Shown here in pieces: positions 52,815-63,085 of a stretch of DNA of 64,000 bases (positions within the stretch are counted from its first letter, which is position 1; every line of letters begins with the position of its first letter). The notes beneath the pieces are model-generated. The model worked only from the letters and a program-made list of their open reading frames with translations, made no database searches and was not told the DNA's origin. The translations under genes were made by a program, and so were the position numbers. The stretch comes from Opitutales bacterium (lineage in GTDB: Bacteria; Verrucomicrobiota; Verrucomicrobiia; Opitutales; UBA2987): contig CBDDEL010000017.1 of NCBI GenBank assembly GCA_965226885.1, forward strand, positions 192,001-256,000. The letters run 5' to 3'.

Positions 52815-55592
52815 ATGAGGATAGATCAAAAACGCATTCTTACAACCGCCCCCCTTTTCCTGGCCAAGGACATCAAACAGGGAAAAGAGCGCGGCTCCCT
52901 TTTGATCCTCAAAAATATTCCCCACCAGACTTACCTGACGGTTGACAAGGCTCAGTGGCGGGTGCTGCATCATTTTAAAAAACCCACGCCGGTGGCGGAC
53001 GTCATCCCCAGTCTCATCCTAAATCGCCATTGCCCACCCTTGCGCAGCTTATACGAATTGATTCTCAAGGCCGCCAAAGCGCAAATCCTGGTCGAGGAGG
53101 AGACAGTCCCGGGAAACGTCAAGGCAGTCAACTGGAGGTGGCTGGTCGGGGGCGAGTTTTCGCGTATTCTGGGAGCGGGATTCATCCTCTTTGGCCTCAT
53201 TAGTTTGATCGTTACCGGCAACAGCATGGAACTACCGCGCCATTCCTGGGAAATCCTGATCGGTTTCGGGCTCATCAGTTCGTCCTTAAGTCTCGGATAT
53301 GTTCTATCCGCCAGCGTTATGCGGGGCCTCGACTGCGAGGTTTACCGCCCGCATATTCACTGGAAAACACCGGTCCCGCATTTTCGGGTCGATATAGAAG
53401 ATTCTCACATGGGAGGCAAAGAGTGCGAACTGGGGGTGACCCTGATGAGAATGGCCCCGCTTTTCCTCATTTCCGGCCTCTGCAATCTCTATTACCCGGC
53501 CCTGGCTTATGTCATACTGCTCGGTATGTTTTTCATAACGCAGCCTTTTTTTGAAAGCCCCGCCCTAGGCTTTTGGTCCGCTCTTTTCCGGAAGGTTCGC
53601 TTGTCCACTTCCCACGATTTTCTCTTTGTCCAGAACAAGCTCCTGTGGGCGGTCATCAATTCCAAGGTAAAATTCGTGGAAAAAAAATACCTCCTGATTT
53701 ACGCCCTTTATACGATTACCTGGCTCGTACTCATCTTTGGCATCAATTTGCGCATCTTTGACATCAACGGAACCGCTTTGGGTAGTGTATAAAAAAAGAA
53801 TGTTATTTTGTATTTTTAGCTGTACAAATAGCGTTAGGCAGTTTATTCTTAGTGCATGGTTACTAAAATTATTAATTGTCGGCACTGTGGAAGTGAAAAT
53901 ATCATTAAATTTGGCAAGACGCCCAACCATAAACAGCGCTACCGCTGCCATGATTGTGGTAAACAAAGCCGCGAAAACCCCACAGTGAAATACACCGAAG
54001 AGCAAAAAGAAATGATCCTTCGAGTCTATCAGGAACGCAGCAGTCTACGCGGTTTACAGCGCGCCTTCGGGGTGAGTCCCAACACCGTTTTGAGTTGGTT
54101 AAAAAAAACGACAATCGCTGCGACCGCTCAAAAGCACGATTCTTGCGGCCCGCCGCCATGATGTCATTGAACTGGACGAACTGTGGTCTTTTGTGGGGCG
54201 CAAGAGCGATGCCCAATGGGTTTGGATCGCTCTTTGCCGACGCACCCGTCAAATCCTCTCCTATGCCATTGGGCCTCGGGATTGGTATCGTTGCCGGGAA
54301 CTTTACGAGCGTCTGCCACGGGCCTACAAAAGATGTGCCACCTACAGCGACTTTTGGAGCACTTATGATGAAGTCTTTCCTCATAACCGATCCGTGGGAA
54401 AAGAAACCGGTGAAACGGCCCATGTGGAACGATGGAACAATACCCTGCGCCAACGACTGGGTCGTTTCACACGCAAAACCCTCTCCTTTTCCAAGCTTAA
54501 GAGTATGCATGAAACCTGTCTGAGACTTTTCATTCATCAATATAATCAAGAATTAGCCACCATTCCTACTTAATACACTACCCCGCTTTGCTGGTTGAAT
54601 TTTATCATGCCGGGAAATTGAAAATCGTCAGCCTGGTCCTCTTGGGTATAGTGGGAGGGCTTGTTTTGATCTCCGGTTTTTTGGGACTGTGGATTTTACT
54701 GAAAAATATCTACCGGCTTTTGCAGAGCATCACCGTTAAAAGCAGGCAGCGATTCAAGAGCGTCGAGGTGGAAGATTTTTCCCGGCAGACCATCATCGAC
54801 GAACTGGCCAAATCCAGTCTATTCGAAGAATGCCAACCCCAAACCCTAGTCAAAATCGCGGACGCCGTCGATGTCATGGAGACGCCAGGGCGTAATTTTA
54901 TCATTAATGAGGGGGACGAAGACGACGATACTTTCTATCATCTGCTGGCAGGCAAGGTGGAAGTCATTAAAGAGCTTCCCTCGGGCCGTTATGATAGAAT
55001 CGCTGTGTTGGAGCGTGGAGATTCATTCGGGGAGATTGCCCTGCTTAAGAATGTCCCGCGCACCCGTTCCGTGCGGGCGTTGAAAAAGTCGATTTTGCTT
55101 TCCCTCACCAGGGAAAATTTCGAGCAATTGGTCCTGCCTTCGCTGGGAGCGGAGAAGATTCAGGAAATTCTCCAAAAAAGAGCCTTTCTTTCCCGCATAC
55201 CGCTGTGCCGCAACTGGCACCCGCAGGCCCTCCAAAAGTTCGCCTCCCTCTCCTCTTTGAACATCTATGATAAAAACGATATCATCGTTAAGACCGGCCA
55301 CAGCAACCAGTTCTTCCACATTGTTTTCGAAGGTATTTTTCATGTCACGAAGAGAGGAAAAACCTTGGCCAAACTAAAATCCGGCGATTTTTTCGGAGAG
55401 ATCAGCCTCCTGCAAAACAGCGTTTCCACCGCCAATGTGGTAGCCTCCGAAGATTGTAAATCGCTCAGCATGCACAAAAAGGAATTTCTGCGCTTTATCG
55501 GCCTGCAATTCGAGAAAATCAGCTCCAAGCGCCTGCAAAGACCCATCTTCCCGCTCGAAGGCCGCTCCTTCGAAACGGTCGATGCCTGTTGA
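52815..55592 (+). pseudogene. Membrane protein with two C-terminal cyclic-nucleotide-binding domains, split by IS1
   Basis: TM-rich N-half; FGEIALL..VPRTRSV and FFGEISLL motifs; halves rejoin across the 8-bp TSD. Confidence 0.85.
53781..54582 (+). mobile_element. IS1-family element, intact (insA 53856-54161, insB to 54573)
   Basis: GGTAGTGTAT IRs; A8C slippery site at ~54101; TSD CCGCTTTG. Confidence 0.96.
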
Positions 55593-55663
55593 CTCTGTCC
55601 CATTTAATTTCGGCGCGCAATTTTTGGGAGCGCAGATATAGGAAAGAAGATTGTTTCTTTTCC

Positions 55664-56476
55664 TCAGGAGCTGATGGCGAATTGCTCGATGGAATCGCAA
55701 AGGCCGCTGGCGGCGTCGATTTGGATGAGGGCGCCGCAGAGGCGGACATCTTCTTCGGCCACGGGAAATTTTCGGGGCATGCCGTCCAAAAACCGGGCCA
55801 CTACGGCCTGCACTTCGCGCCCGATGACGGATTGGTAGGGCCCCGTCATGCCGGCATCGGTCAAATAACCCGTGCCGCGAGAGAGGACCGCGGCATCGGC
55901 GGTGGGTATATGGGTGTGGGTTCCCACCACGGCGCAGGCACGCCCGTCGAGGTACCAGCCCATGGCGGTTTTTTCGGAAGTTGCCTCGGCATGGATTTCC
56001 ACGAAAACGGCATCGGTGTCCGCTTTCAACTGCTCTAATAAACGGTCTGCCGCATCAAAGGGGTTGTCCGTTAACAGGCGCATGAACTGACGCCCCAATA
56101 CGGTGAATAGGCCGAGGCGAAAGCCTTCTTTTTCCACCACCAGAAACTCCCGGCCCGGACAGTTGCTGGAAAGGTTGGCTGGGCGGCAAACTTGCTCCAG
56201 TTGGCCGATTTCGGACTCAAATCCCCGTTGATCCCAGACATGGTCACCAAGGGTAATGGCGTCGATGCCGCACCCCAACAGTTCCTCGGCATTCTTGGCC
56301 GTCAGACCCGATCCCCCGGCGGCGTTTTCGCCATTGGCAACGACAAAGTCCAGAGCCAATTCCTCCCGTATTCGAGGGAGTTCCCGAGAAACGACATCCC
56401 GTCCGGGGCGGCCAACGATATCTCCTATGAAAAGTAGTTTCGGCATGATATCTCCTATGAAAAGTAGTTTCGGCAT
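55664..56476 (-). CDS. ymdB: TIGR00282/YmdB-family metallophosphoesterase
   Basis: [28 protein letters not shown] and TDAGMTG motifs; first 10 codons duplicated. Confidence 0.92.
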   Translation of the reverse strand: MPKLLFIGDIMPKLLFIGDIVGRPGRDVVSRELPRIREELALDFVVANGENAAGGSGLTAKNAEELLGCGIDAITLGDHVWDQRGFESEIGQLEQVCRPANLSSNCPGREFLVVEKEGFRLGLFTVLGRQFMRLLTDNPFDAADRLLEQLKADTDAVFVEIHAEATSEKTAMGWYLDGRACAVVGTHTHIPTADAAVLSRGTGYLTDAGMTGPYQSVIGREVQAVVARFLDGMPRKFPVAEEDVRLCGALIQIDAASGLCDSIEQFAISS

Positions 56477-56562
56477 AACAGTATCCAACCATCCGTAGGG
56501 CCTGAAAAAAATTCTTCAATAAAAAGTGGACAAAACCGATAAAATTAGCTAAAAAAAACTGA

Positions 56563-56670
56563 ATGATCATAAACCGCTCAATATCGAAAGTTCTCGAAAT
56601 CGCCTCCGGCCGCGCCGTGAGCGTGATTGATGGCGGTGTACTCGGCCTTATTATTGTGGCCGTAGCCTGA
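56563..56670 (+). CDS. Putative ilv attenuation leader peptide (35 aa)
   Basis: MIINRSISKVLEIASGRAVSVIDGGVLGLIIVAVA*: 16/35 Ile/Val/Leu; ends 124 bp upstream of ilvB. Confidence 0.7.
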   Translation: MIINRSISKVLEIASGRAVSVIDGGVLGLIIVAVA

Positions 56671-56794
56671 TCCGGGCAGCGTTAATTATTTAAAACACTT
56701 AACCTGCGCTCCCGGATGACCTCAAAGTTTCCGATAGGAATTCTTATGCCCGTCTATATTTTTTACCTCAACACACCATAAAACCCAAATAAAA

Positions 56795-58597
56795 ATGAAA
56801 CCAGCAACCTCTACCGATAAAAACGAAACGGCTAATGTCGTGAACTTCCCGCAAGACGAAACCGGCCCGCCCATGAAGGGAGCCGAAGCGCTCGTCGCGG
56901 CCCTTGAACGGGAAGGAGTTGAAATTGTATTTGCCTACCCCGGCGGCGCTTCCATGGAGTTGCACCAGGCGTTAGTTCGATCTAAAAAAATCCGCACCAT
57001 CCTTCCCCGGATCGAGCAGGGAGGCGGTTTCATGGCCCATGGTTATGCCCGCTCCACCGGCAAAACAGGCGTTTGCATGGCCACCAGCGGTCCCGGCGCC
57101 ACCAACCTCATTACCTGCATCGCGGATGCCTACATGGACAGCATTCCCCTGGTCGCCATCACAGGGCAGGTACACCAATGGAACATCGGCAAAGCGGCTT
57201 TCCAGGAGACGGATTTCTTTGGGATGACCCTGCCGATAGTCAAACACAGTTACCTAGTGCTGAACAAGGACGACATACCGGCGATTGTCAAAGAGGCCTT
57301 TCACCTGGCCAATAGCGGCCGGCCGGGTCCGGTCGTCATCGACATACCCAAAGATGTCCAACAGGCAGTTTTCGAGCCGGTTTTCCCCGGTAGTGTGAAT
57401 ATTGTCGGTTACAAATGTGCCCCCCAAGCCAACGATGATGAACTACTCCCTATTCTCGATTTAATCGAGAAATCGCAGAAACCGGTCCTCTATGCGGGCG
57501 GAGGTATCATCTCCGGCCAGGCACACGAGGAATTGCTGGCTTTTGCCGAATTAACCGGTCTGCCCGTATCGACCACCTTGATGGGAGTGGGTTCTTTCCC
57601 CGAATCGCATTCACAATCCCTGCGGTGGTTCGGCATGCACGGAACGGTGGCGGGAAATTTCGCCGTTTACGAAAGCGACCTCCTAATGGTGGCGGGTGCA
57701 CGGTTTGACGACCGTATTACCGGTCTGGTGAGCAAGTTTGCTCCCCATGCCACCATCGTCCATATCGATATCGACAAGTCCGAGCATCAGAAAAACAAGC
57801 CGGTTAAATACCCCATCCATTCGGATATTAAATATGCCCTCGGCCGGTTGATCGAATTGGCCGAAACGAATCATTTTAATAAACCCGATTTAAGCAAATG
57901 GATGAAGCAGTTGAAAGAATGGCAGAAGGAGTATCCTTTCACCTATCAAAAGAACCAACACATCTTGCCCCAGGAAGCTATCGAAATCCTTTATCAGGAA
58001 ACGGGCGGACAGGCCATTATAACGACAGGCGTGGGCCAGCACCAGATGTGGGCGGCGCAGTTTTACCCCTTTCACAAACCCCGCAGCTATGTCAGCTCGC
58101 TTGGGCTGGGGACGATGGGTTTCGGGCTGCCCGCTGCCATCGGGGCCAAGGTCGCCTGCCCTGACCGGATGGTGGTGGATATCGATGGAGACGGTTCATT
58201 TCTCATGAACATACAGGAACTGGCCACTGCTTTCATCGAGAAGATACCGGTCAAAGTCATGCTCATGAACAACCAGCATCTGGGCATGGTCATGCAATGG
58301 GAAGACCTCATTTATGAAGGGGTGCGTGCCCATACAATCTTGGGAGACATAGATAACATCGGCGCCCCCGATAACCTGGAGGCCATCTATCCAAACTTCG
58401 TTGCCATGGCCGAGAGCTTTGGCTGCAAAGCCCGCCAAATTGTCAAGCGCGAGGACTTGCGCGGGGCCATCAAGGAAATGTTGGAATACGACGGTACTTA
58501 CATATTGGAACTGATCGTCCCTAACGAGGAACACGTTCTGCCCATGATTCAGCAAGGCAAATCGGCCAAGGAAATCCTCATCCACCCTAAGGATTGA
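56795..58597 (+). CDS. ilvB: Acetolactate synthase large subunit
   Basis: [31 protein letters not shown] and GDGSFLMN motifs. Confidence 0.97.
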   Translation: MKPATSTDKNETANVVNFPQDETGPPMKGAEALVAALEREGVEIVFAYPGGASMELHQALVRSKKIRTILPRIEQGGGFMAHGYARSTGKTGVCMATSGPGATNLITCIADAYMDSIPLVAITGQVHQWNIGKAAFQETDFFGMTLPIVKHSYLVLNKDDIPAIVKEAFHLANSGRPGPVVIDIPKDVQQAVFEPVFPGSVNIVGYKCAPQANDDELLPILDLIEKSQKPVLYAGGGIISGQAHEELLAFAELTGLPVSTTLMGVGSFPESHSQSLRWFGMHGTVAGNFAVYESDLLMVAGARFDDRITGLVSKFAPHATIVHIDIDKSEHQKNKPVKYPIHSDIKYALGRLIELAETNHFNKPDLSKWMKQLKEWQKEYPFTYQKNQHILPQEAIEILYQETGGQAIITTGVGQHQMWAAQFYPFHKPRSYVSSLGLGTMGFGLPAAIGAKVACPDRMVVDIDGDGSFLMNIQELATAFIEKIPVKVMLMNNQHLGMVMQWEDLIYEGVRAHTILGDIDNIGAPDNLEAIYPNFVAMAESFGCKARQIVKREDLRGAIKEMLEYDGTYILELIVPNEEHVLPMIQQGKSAKEILIHPKD

Positions 58598-58631
58598 CGG
58601 GGCAAAACAACGGCGGAAAACTCGACCCGGA

Positions 58632-59054
58632 TCAGTTCTCGTGCCGTTTCTTCAAACCTTTAAAACCCAACGAATAAACGCCCTCGACGGTCTTTACTGC
58701 CTCCTCGTCAGTGGAATCTTCCTTGAAGCCGAATTCGGAATGCCAATGCAACTGGCAACTCAATTCGCTCTCTTCAGTTAGATCCATGGTGGCCACATAA
58801 TCGTCCATCGGCAGCGAGGATTCCAAAATCGAGTAAGTCAACGATCGGGCCTCGCTATCGAACCTCAACAATTTCTCAATGATTTCTGTGCCGTCAGCCA
58901 GGGAAAAGATGCGTACGCAGCCAACGCCCTCGCCCTCCAGACGGCTTACCACTACCGCCTCAAGATAATTGGGCAAGCCGTTAAAGTCGCTGATGGTTGC
59001 CCAAACCTCTTCAGCAGGGGCGTTGATAATGGATTTCATCGAAACATTTGCCAT
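58632..59054 (-). CDS. SRPBCC (polyketide cyclase-like) family protein
   Basis: INAPAEEVW...DFNGL, GVGCVR and LTYSI pattern. Confidence 0.85.
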   Translation of the reverse strand: MANVSMKSIINAPAEEVWATISDFNGLPNYLEAVVVSRLEGEGVGCVRIFSLADGTEIIEKLLRFDSEARSLTYSILESSLPMDDYVATMDLTEESELSCQLHWHSEFGFKEDSTDEEAVKTVEGVYSLGFKGLKKRHEN

Positions 59055-59142
59055 AATAGTTTTCCAGATTGATGGTTAATTTTCAAAATGCGAGATTCTT
59101 CCGGCAAAAAATGCGAATCGCTATGTCGCCACAGGGGCAATT

Positions 59143-59934
59143 TCAGGTAAGCCTGTCCAGACGCAGGCGATGCCGCTCGTCAAACAATCTCCAGGCGATG
59201 ATCCGCAAGGCCAGAAGAATGCCGAATCCGGTCGTGGCTGAAATGGTGAACATGATCAGTATCTGATATTTTACAGCTTCGATTACCGGGCTGCCGGCCA
59301 GGATTTGACCGGTCATCATGCCCGGCAGGCTGACGATTCCCGCCGTAGCCATGGCGTTGATGCTGGGAATCATGCCAGCTCTCATGCCTTCACGCCTCAG
59401 GTCGGCAATAGCCTGGTCGCGATCCTGGCCGAGGAGGAGCCGCTGCTCAATGATGGCGCTGTTTTGGGAAACGGCCAAAGTGAGGGTATTCATGCTCAGG
59501 GCGATTCCGGTCATGGTGTTGCCGGCCAGCATTCCAAACAGCGGTATGGCATATTGAGGCGTATACCAGGGTTCGGCGCCAACTATCACGATCAAGGTAA
59601 GTAGCAACACGGCAACCGAGGACAGGAAAATGGATCCGGCCCCGATGCCATAGCCGCTCCAGCCTTTCAGCCGCCTACTTTGCCGGGCGATGATTTCCCT
59701 GCTTGCGGCCACAATCATAATCGCTCCAAACAGGCAAATCCAGATCGGCTCGGTACTGGCAAAAACAAATTTCAATACCAGGCCGACGAGCAGCAGTTGA
59801 ACGGTGGTTCGCAACCCCGCCACCAGAATCTGGCCGCCCAACCCAAGCCGCAGACGAAAACTGAGACCAGCCAGGGCCAAGACCAGGATCGCGGCAATGG
59901 AAAGATCCAGGGCGCTAAGCGGTATCACATTCAT
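59143..59934 (-). CDS. ABC transporter permease, FetB/YbbM (UPF0014) family
   Basis: RTTVQLLLVG, PQYAIP..GM..GN and GIVSLPGMMTGQIL motifs. Confidence 0.9.
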   Translation of the reverse strand: MNVIPLSALDLSIAAILVLALAGLSFRLRLGLGGQILVAGLRTTVQLLLVGLVLKFVFASTEPIWICLFGAIMIVAASREIIARQSRRLKGWSGYGIGAGSIFLSSVAVLLLTLIVIVGAEPWYTPQYAIPLFGMLAGNTMTGIALSMNTLTLAVSQNSAIIEQRLLLGQDRDQAIADLRREGMRAGMIPSINAMATAGIVSLPGMMTGQILAGSPVIEAVKYQILIMFTISATTGFGILLALRIIAWRLFDERHRLRLDRLT

Positions 59935-60548
59935 GAGCCGCCGACCCCCGTTTTTTCCAGCAAAGAACCATTATCAAGATGATAACGGGTATGAGACACC
60001 CTTGCGGCCTGCTCATCATCATGGGTTACCCAAAGTATAGCGCAACCCGTGCCCTCGCTATATTCTGCCACCAGCGATTCCATTTTGGCAACATTTTCGG
60101 AATCGAGGCTCTTGGTCGGCTCATCCAGCAAAAGAACTCCCGGATTGTTGGCCAACAGGCGGATGAGGGCCAACCTTTGTTTTTCACCCGAAGAAAGGCG
60201 GCTAATTTCCCAACCGGCAACATCGGGATCGAAGCCGATTTTGCCAAGACGATTTTCATCGAAATTGGCAATATGCTCCCCCACGGTGGGATGCCACCAA
60301 CGGCTCTCCGCCGGCAGCATACCAACCTGCCGCCTCCACAAAGGAGCCGGCACACTGGAACATTCCGAGTCGTCGAGGCAAATCGAGCCCTCATGGGGAT
60401 CGAGATCGGCCAGCGCCCGCAACAACAGGGTCTTGCCCGAACCCGATGGCCCAGTCAAAGCGAGACAGGCAGAGCCTTCAATGACAAAACTAAACGGGCC
60501 TATATGCTCAGGTCCATAAATTAGATTATTAACTCGAAATCGACTCAT
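59931..60548 (-). CDS. ABC transporter ATP-binding protein, FetA/YbbL-like
   Basis: GPSGSGKT, LSSGEKQR, LLLDEPT and WVTHD motifs. Confidence 0.9.
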   Translation of the reverse strand: MSRFRVNNLIYGPEHIGPFSFVIEGSACLALTGPSGSGKTLLLRALADLDPHEGSICLDDSECSSVPAPLWRRQVGMLPAESRWWHPTVGEHIANFDENRLGKIGFDPDVAGWEISRLSSGEKQRLALIRLLANNPGVLLLDEPTKSLDSENVAKMESLVAEYSEGTGCAILWVTHDDEQAARVSHTRYHLDNGSLLEKTGVGGS

Positions 60549-60848
60549 CTCAATTGCCCTTGTTCTCGAATCTATACGGGCACTACCCTGCGGCTATGCG
60601 ATTTAATTTCAAGGCGTTAATAAACAAGGGCAATTTCGCGGCCATGCCGGATATGGCAAACGCTTACTGCTCTCCATACCCGCAGAAGCCAATTATAAAA
60701 TTCATGGTTATAGGACTTGGATAATTTTCAAAACAGGTTTATTTGTAAATAAAAATGAAGTAGTACATCTGTGTTTGGCGATATCTTTTTGGATAGGATG
60801 AGCTTCAATCAATGGGCAGAGTTGTAGGTTTCTGTATTTATCCAGTAG

Positions 60849-61484
60849 ATGAAAACTGTAGTTATAGTTGAAGATCAATAGCTGCTTTCCGAACTGCTCG
60901 GAGACCTTTTGCGCGATGAATTATGGCTACAGGTCGTAGCCGAATGCGCCGATGGCGTATCCGGTCTGGAAATGACCCTGGAAAAGAAACCCGATATGGT
61001 CATTCTGGATTTGATGCTCCCGAGGATGGATGGCACCACCGTTTTGCGTCAAATCAAGCACCACCAACCCAATATAAAAGTATTGACCATTTCTGCCAAT
61101 TTTACCCCGGAAATCGTCAAGACTCTGGCGGAAAATGGAGCCAATGGATTTATTTCAAAGGGAGAGAGTTTGGCCAAGTTGAAAGAAGCCGTCACCCATG
61201 TCATTGGGGGAGGGGTTTACTACTGCCCGGAAACGAGCAGGTTACTGAGGGAATCCCTCATTCAGGCTCCCAATGCCAAGTCAAAACCTACTCTCTCAAA
61301 AAGGGAAACCGATGTTTTGCAGTTGGTCGGAGAAGGCTACAGCTCGAAGGAAATTGCCAATCTGTTGGGCATCAGCGTCCGGACTATTGAAGCTCATCGA
61401 ACCAATATCATGCGCAAACTGGGATTAAGGAGCGCCACCGATATGGTTCGCACAGCGGTCAAATTGAAACTGGTCATACCATAG
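60849..61484 (+). pseudogene. NarL/LuxR-family response regulator with nonsense codon at 60879-60881
   Basis: MKTVVIVEDQ*LLSELL... continues in frame into PDMVILDLMLP and the LSKRE...HRTNIMRKL HTH. Confidence 0.85.
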
Positions 61485-61594
61485 TAAGCAGATACTGGCG
61501 GCGAGGGGAACCCGGCCAGGCTCGATTTTTACTTTGTCGCGTTGAATAATTAATAATTTAGGTAAAAATTGAAAATGATCGAATTTGCATAAGT

Positions 61595-61990
61595 ATGAAA
61601 GCAGACGGCATCAAGACACCTCCAAAAATTCTCAATCGGTCCATAACGAGCCAGTTCGTCGAACGACCCTGGCAGGATCAAACTTTATACCATCGGCTGA
61701 TCTTTCTGTTTCAAAAGGAATCCCTATCCCTACTGGAACAGCTGAAAAATTGTGCGCACAATCAGGATATGGACAATATGCACGATCACGCTCATAAATT
61801 AATGGGGAATTGCGCCGTGGTGGGAGCGGAGAGGACTTGGACGCTCGTAGCCTCCGTTTGCCGAAAATCCGGTGCCGGCGAAGTCATCACTCCGAACGCC
61901 ATATCGGAAATTGAAAAAGAATTAACCATTTTCCTGCACGAGGTTGAATTATACCTGGAAGAGATTTTTCCTCCAAAAACAGCAAAATAA
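61595..61990 (+). CDS. Hpt (histidine phosphotransfer) domain protein
   Basis: AHKLMGNCAVVGA motif; adjacent to the response regulator. Confidence 0.7.
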   Translation: MKADGIKTPPKILNRSITSQFVERPWQDQTLYHRLIFLFQKESLSLLEQLKNCAHNQDMDNMHDHAHKLMGNCAVVGAERTWTLVASVCRKSGAGEVITPNAISEIEKELTIFLHEVELYLEEIFPPKTAK

Positions 61991-62183
61991 TATTTCCGTC
62001 GGATCACCTACCCTTCTTACCGGAGAGGCAAAGTGGCCGAAATTTTGGGCCAGGCATTCAGCATTTACAACCTGCCGTCATATTTCTTAAAACGTTATCT
62101 TTAAATTGTATTAGTACAATTTTGGCTTGGCAGGCATTTTTTTGTCACATTTTACTTTCTTTCAAAGCGCTTATTAATATACC

Positions 62184-63079
62184 GTGATATCCAATATGAT
62201 CCTTTTCAAACAGGCGCAATGCAGTACAATTTTCATTTTTTGTATTGCTTTGCTAACGTTATTGTCTAAAGTTGATGCAGCGCCCGACGAGTCAATAGCG
62301 GAGTACTTGAGAGAAACCAAATTCGATAAGGATATGATTCCGGGAAGCGCCCAGGCCGGAGCCGCCATTCCTTTAAGCAATGGACGGCAAATCGTTCGCA
62401 ATAAAGCGGGATCGTGGTTTGTAGGATACGACGGCAAAAATGGCCCGCAATTGGCGACGGCTGCCAATACCCGATCGGAGGGCAGGCACTTTTCAACCGC
62501 AATTAACCTGGGCGCCCTGCTGGAAATGACGCCCCGGACATCGGAAGGACCCGGACATCGGAAGGATTCAGCATGGGCATCGATGCTGATGACAAACTTC
62601 ACGCAGTATGGGGGACCAGGGATGGCATTTTCAACAGTTGGTGCGATGTTAGCGGCAGAAACGGTTATGCAAAAGTTTCCCAACCCGCGGCCTGGAAAAA
62701 AACTTCCGCCCAACAGTGTTTTGAGCAAATTACCGATGCCCAGGCTCGTTTGGGAGACCTCGCAATCGCCCCAAACAACCAATTGTGGATCGTATACAGC
62801 CAAGAGGGAAATATTGTGGTAACCCGGCCTGTCGATGGAATTGGACCCCGTGGCAAATTCGAAGTGGAGGTGGTCGATGCCGATTCAGGAAAACCCGTTC
62901 CCGGTTTTGAACGCTCAGACTTTCATTCCATTAACTCCGGTTTGGATATTCCGGTAGAGTGGGATGGCGGAACCCGGCTTTCCGATATTAAAAGGGCGAA
63001 TTTTATCTTCAGATTTTATTTGACGGAAAATGAAGTTCGATTTCACGCTTTTCGTTTTACCAAAAAGGGGACTATTTAA
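62184..63079 (+). pseudogene. Secreted hypothetical protein, frameshifted by a 17-bp duplication
   Basis: Signal peptide; removing one CCCGGACATCGGAAGGA joins TSEG-FSMGIDADDKLHAVW in frame. Confidence 0.7.
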
Positions 63080-63085
63080 TAAGCT

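Noticed and set aside
60879..60881. Pyrrolysine or recoded TAG
   Set aside because: Other genes here (rpe, IS5-like transposase copy 2) end in TAG, no pyl genes are visible, and pseudogenes are abundant.
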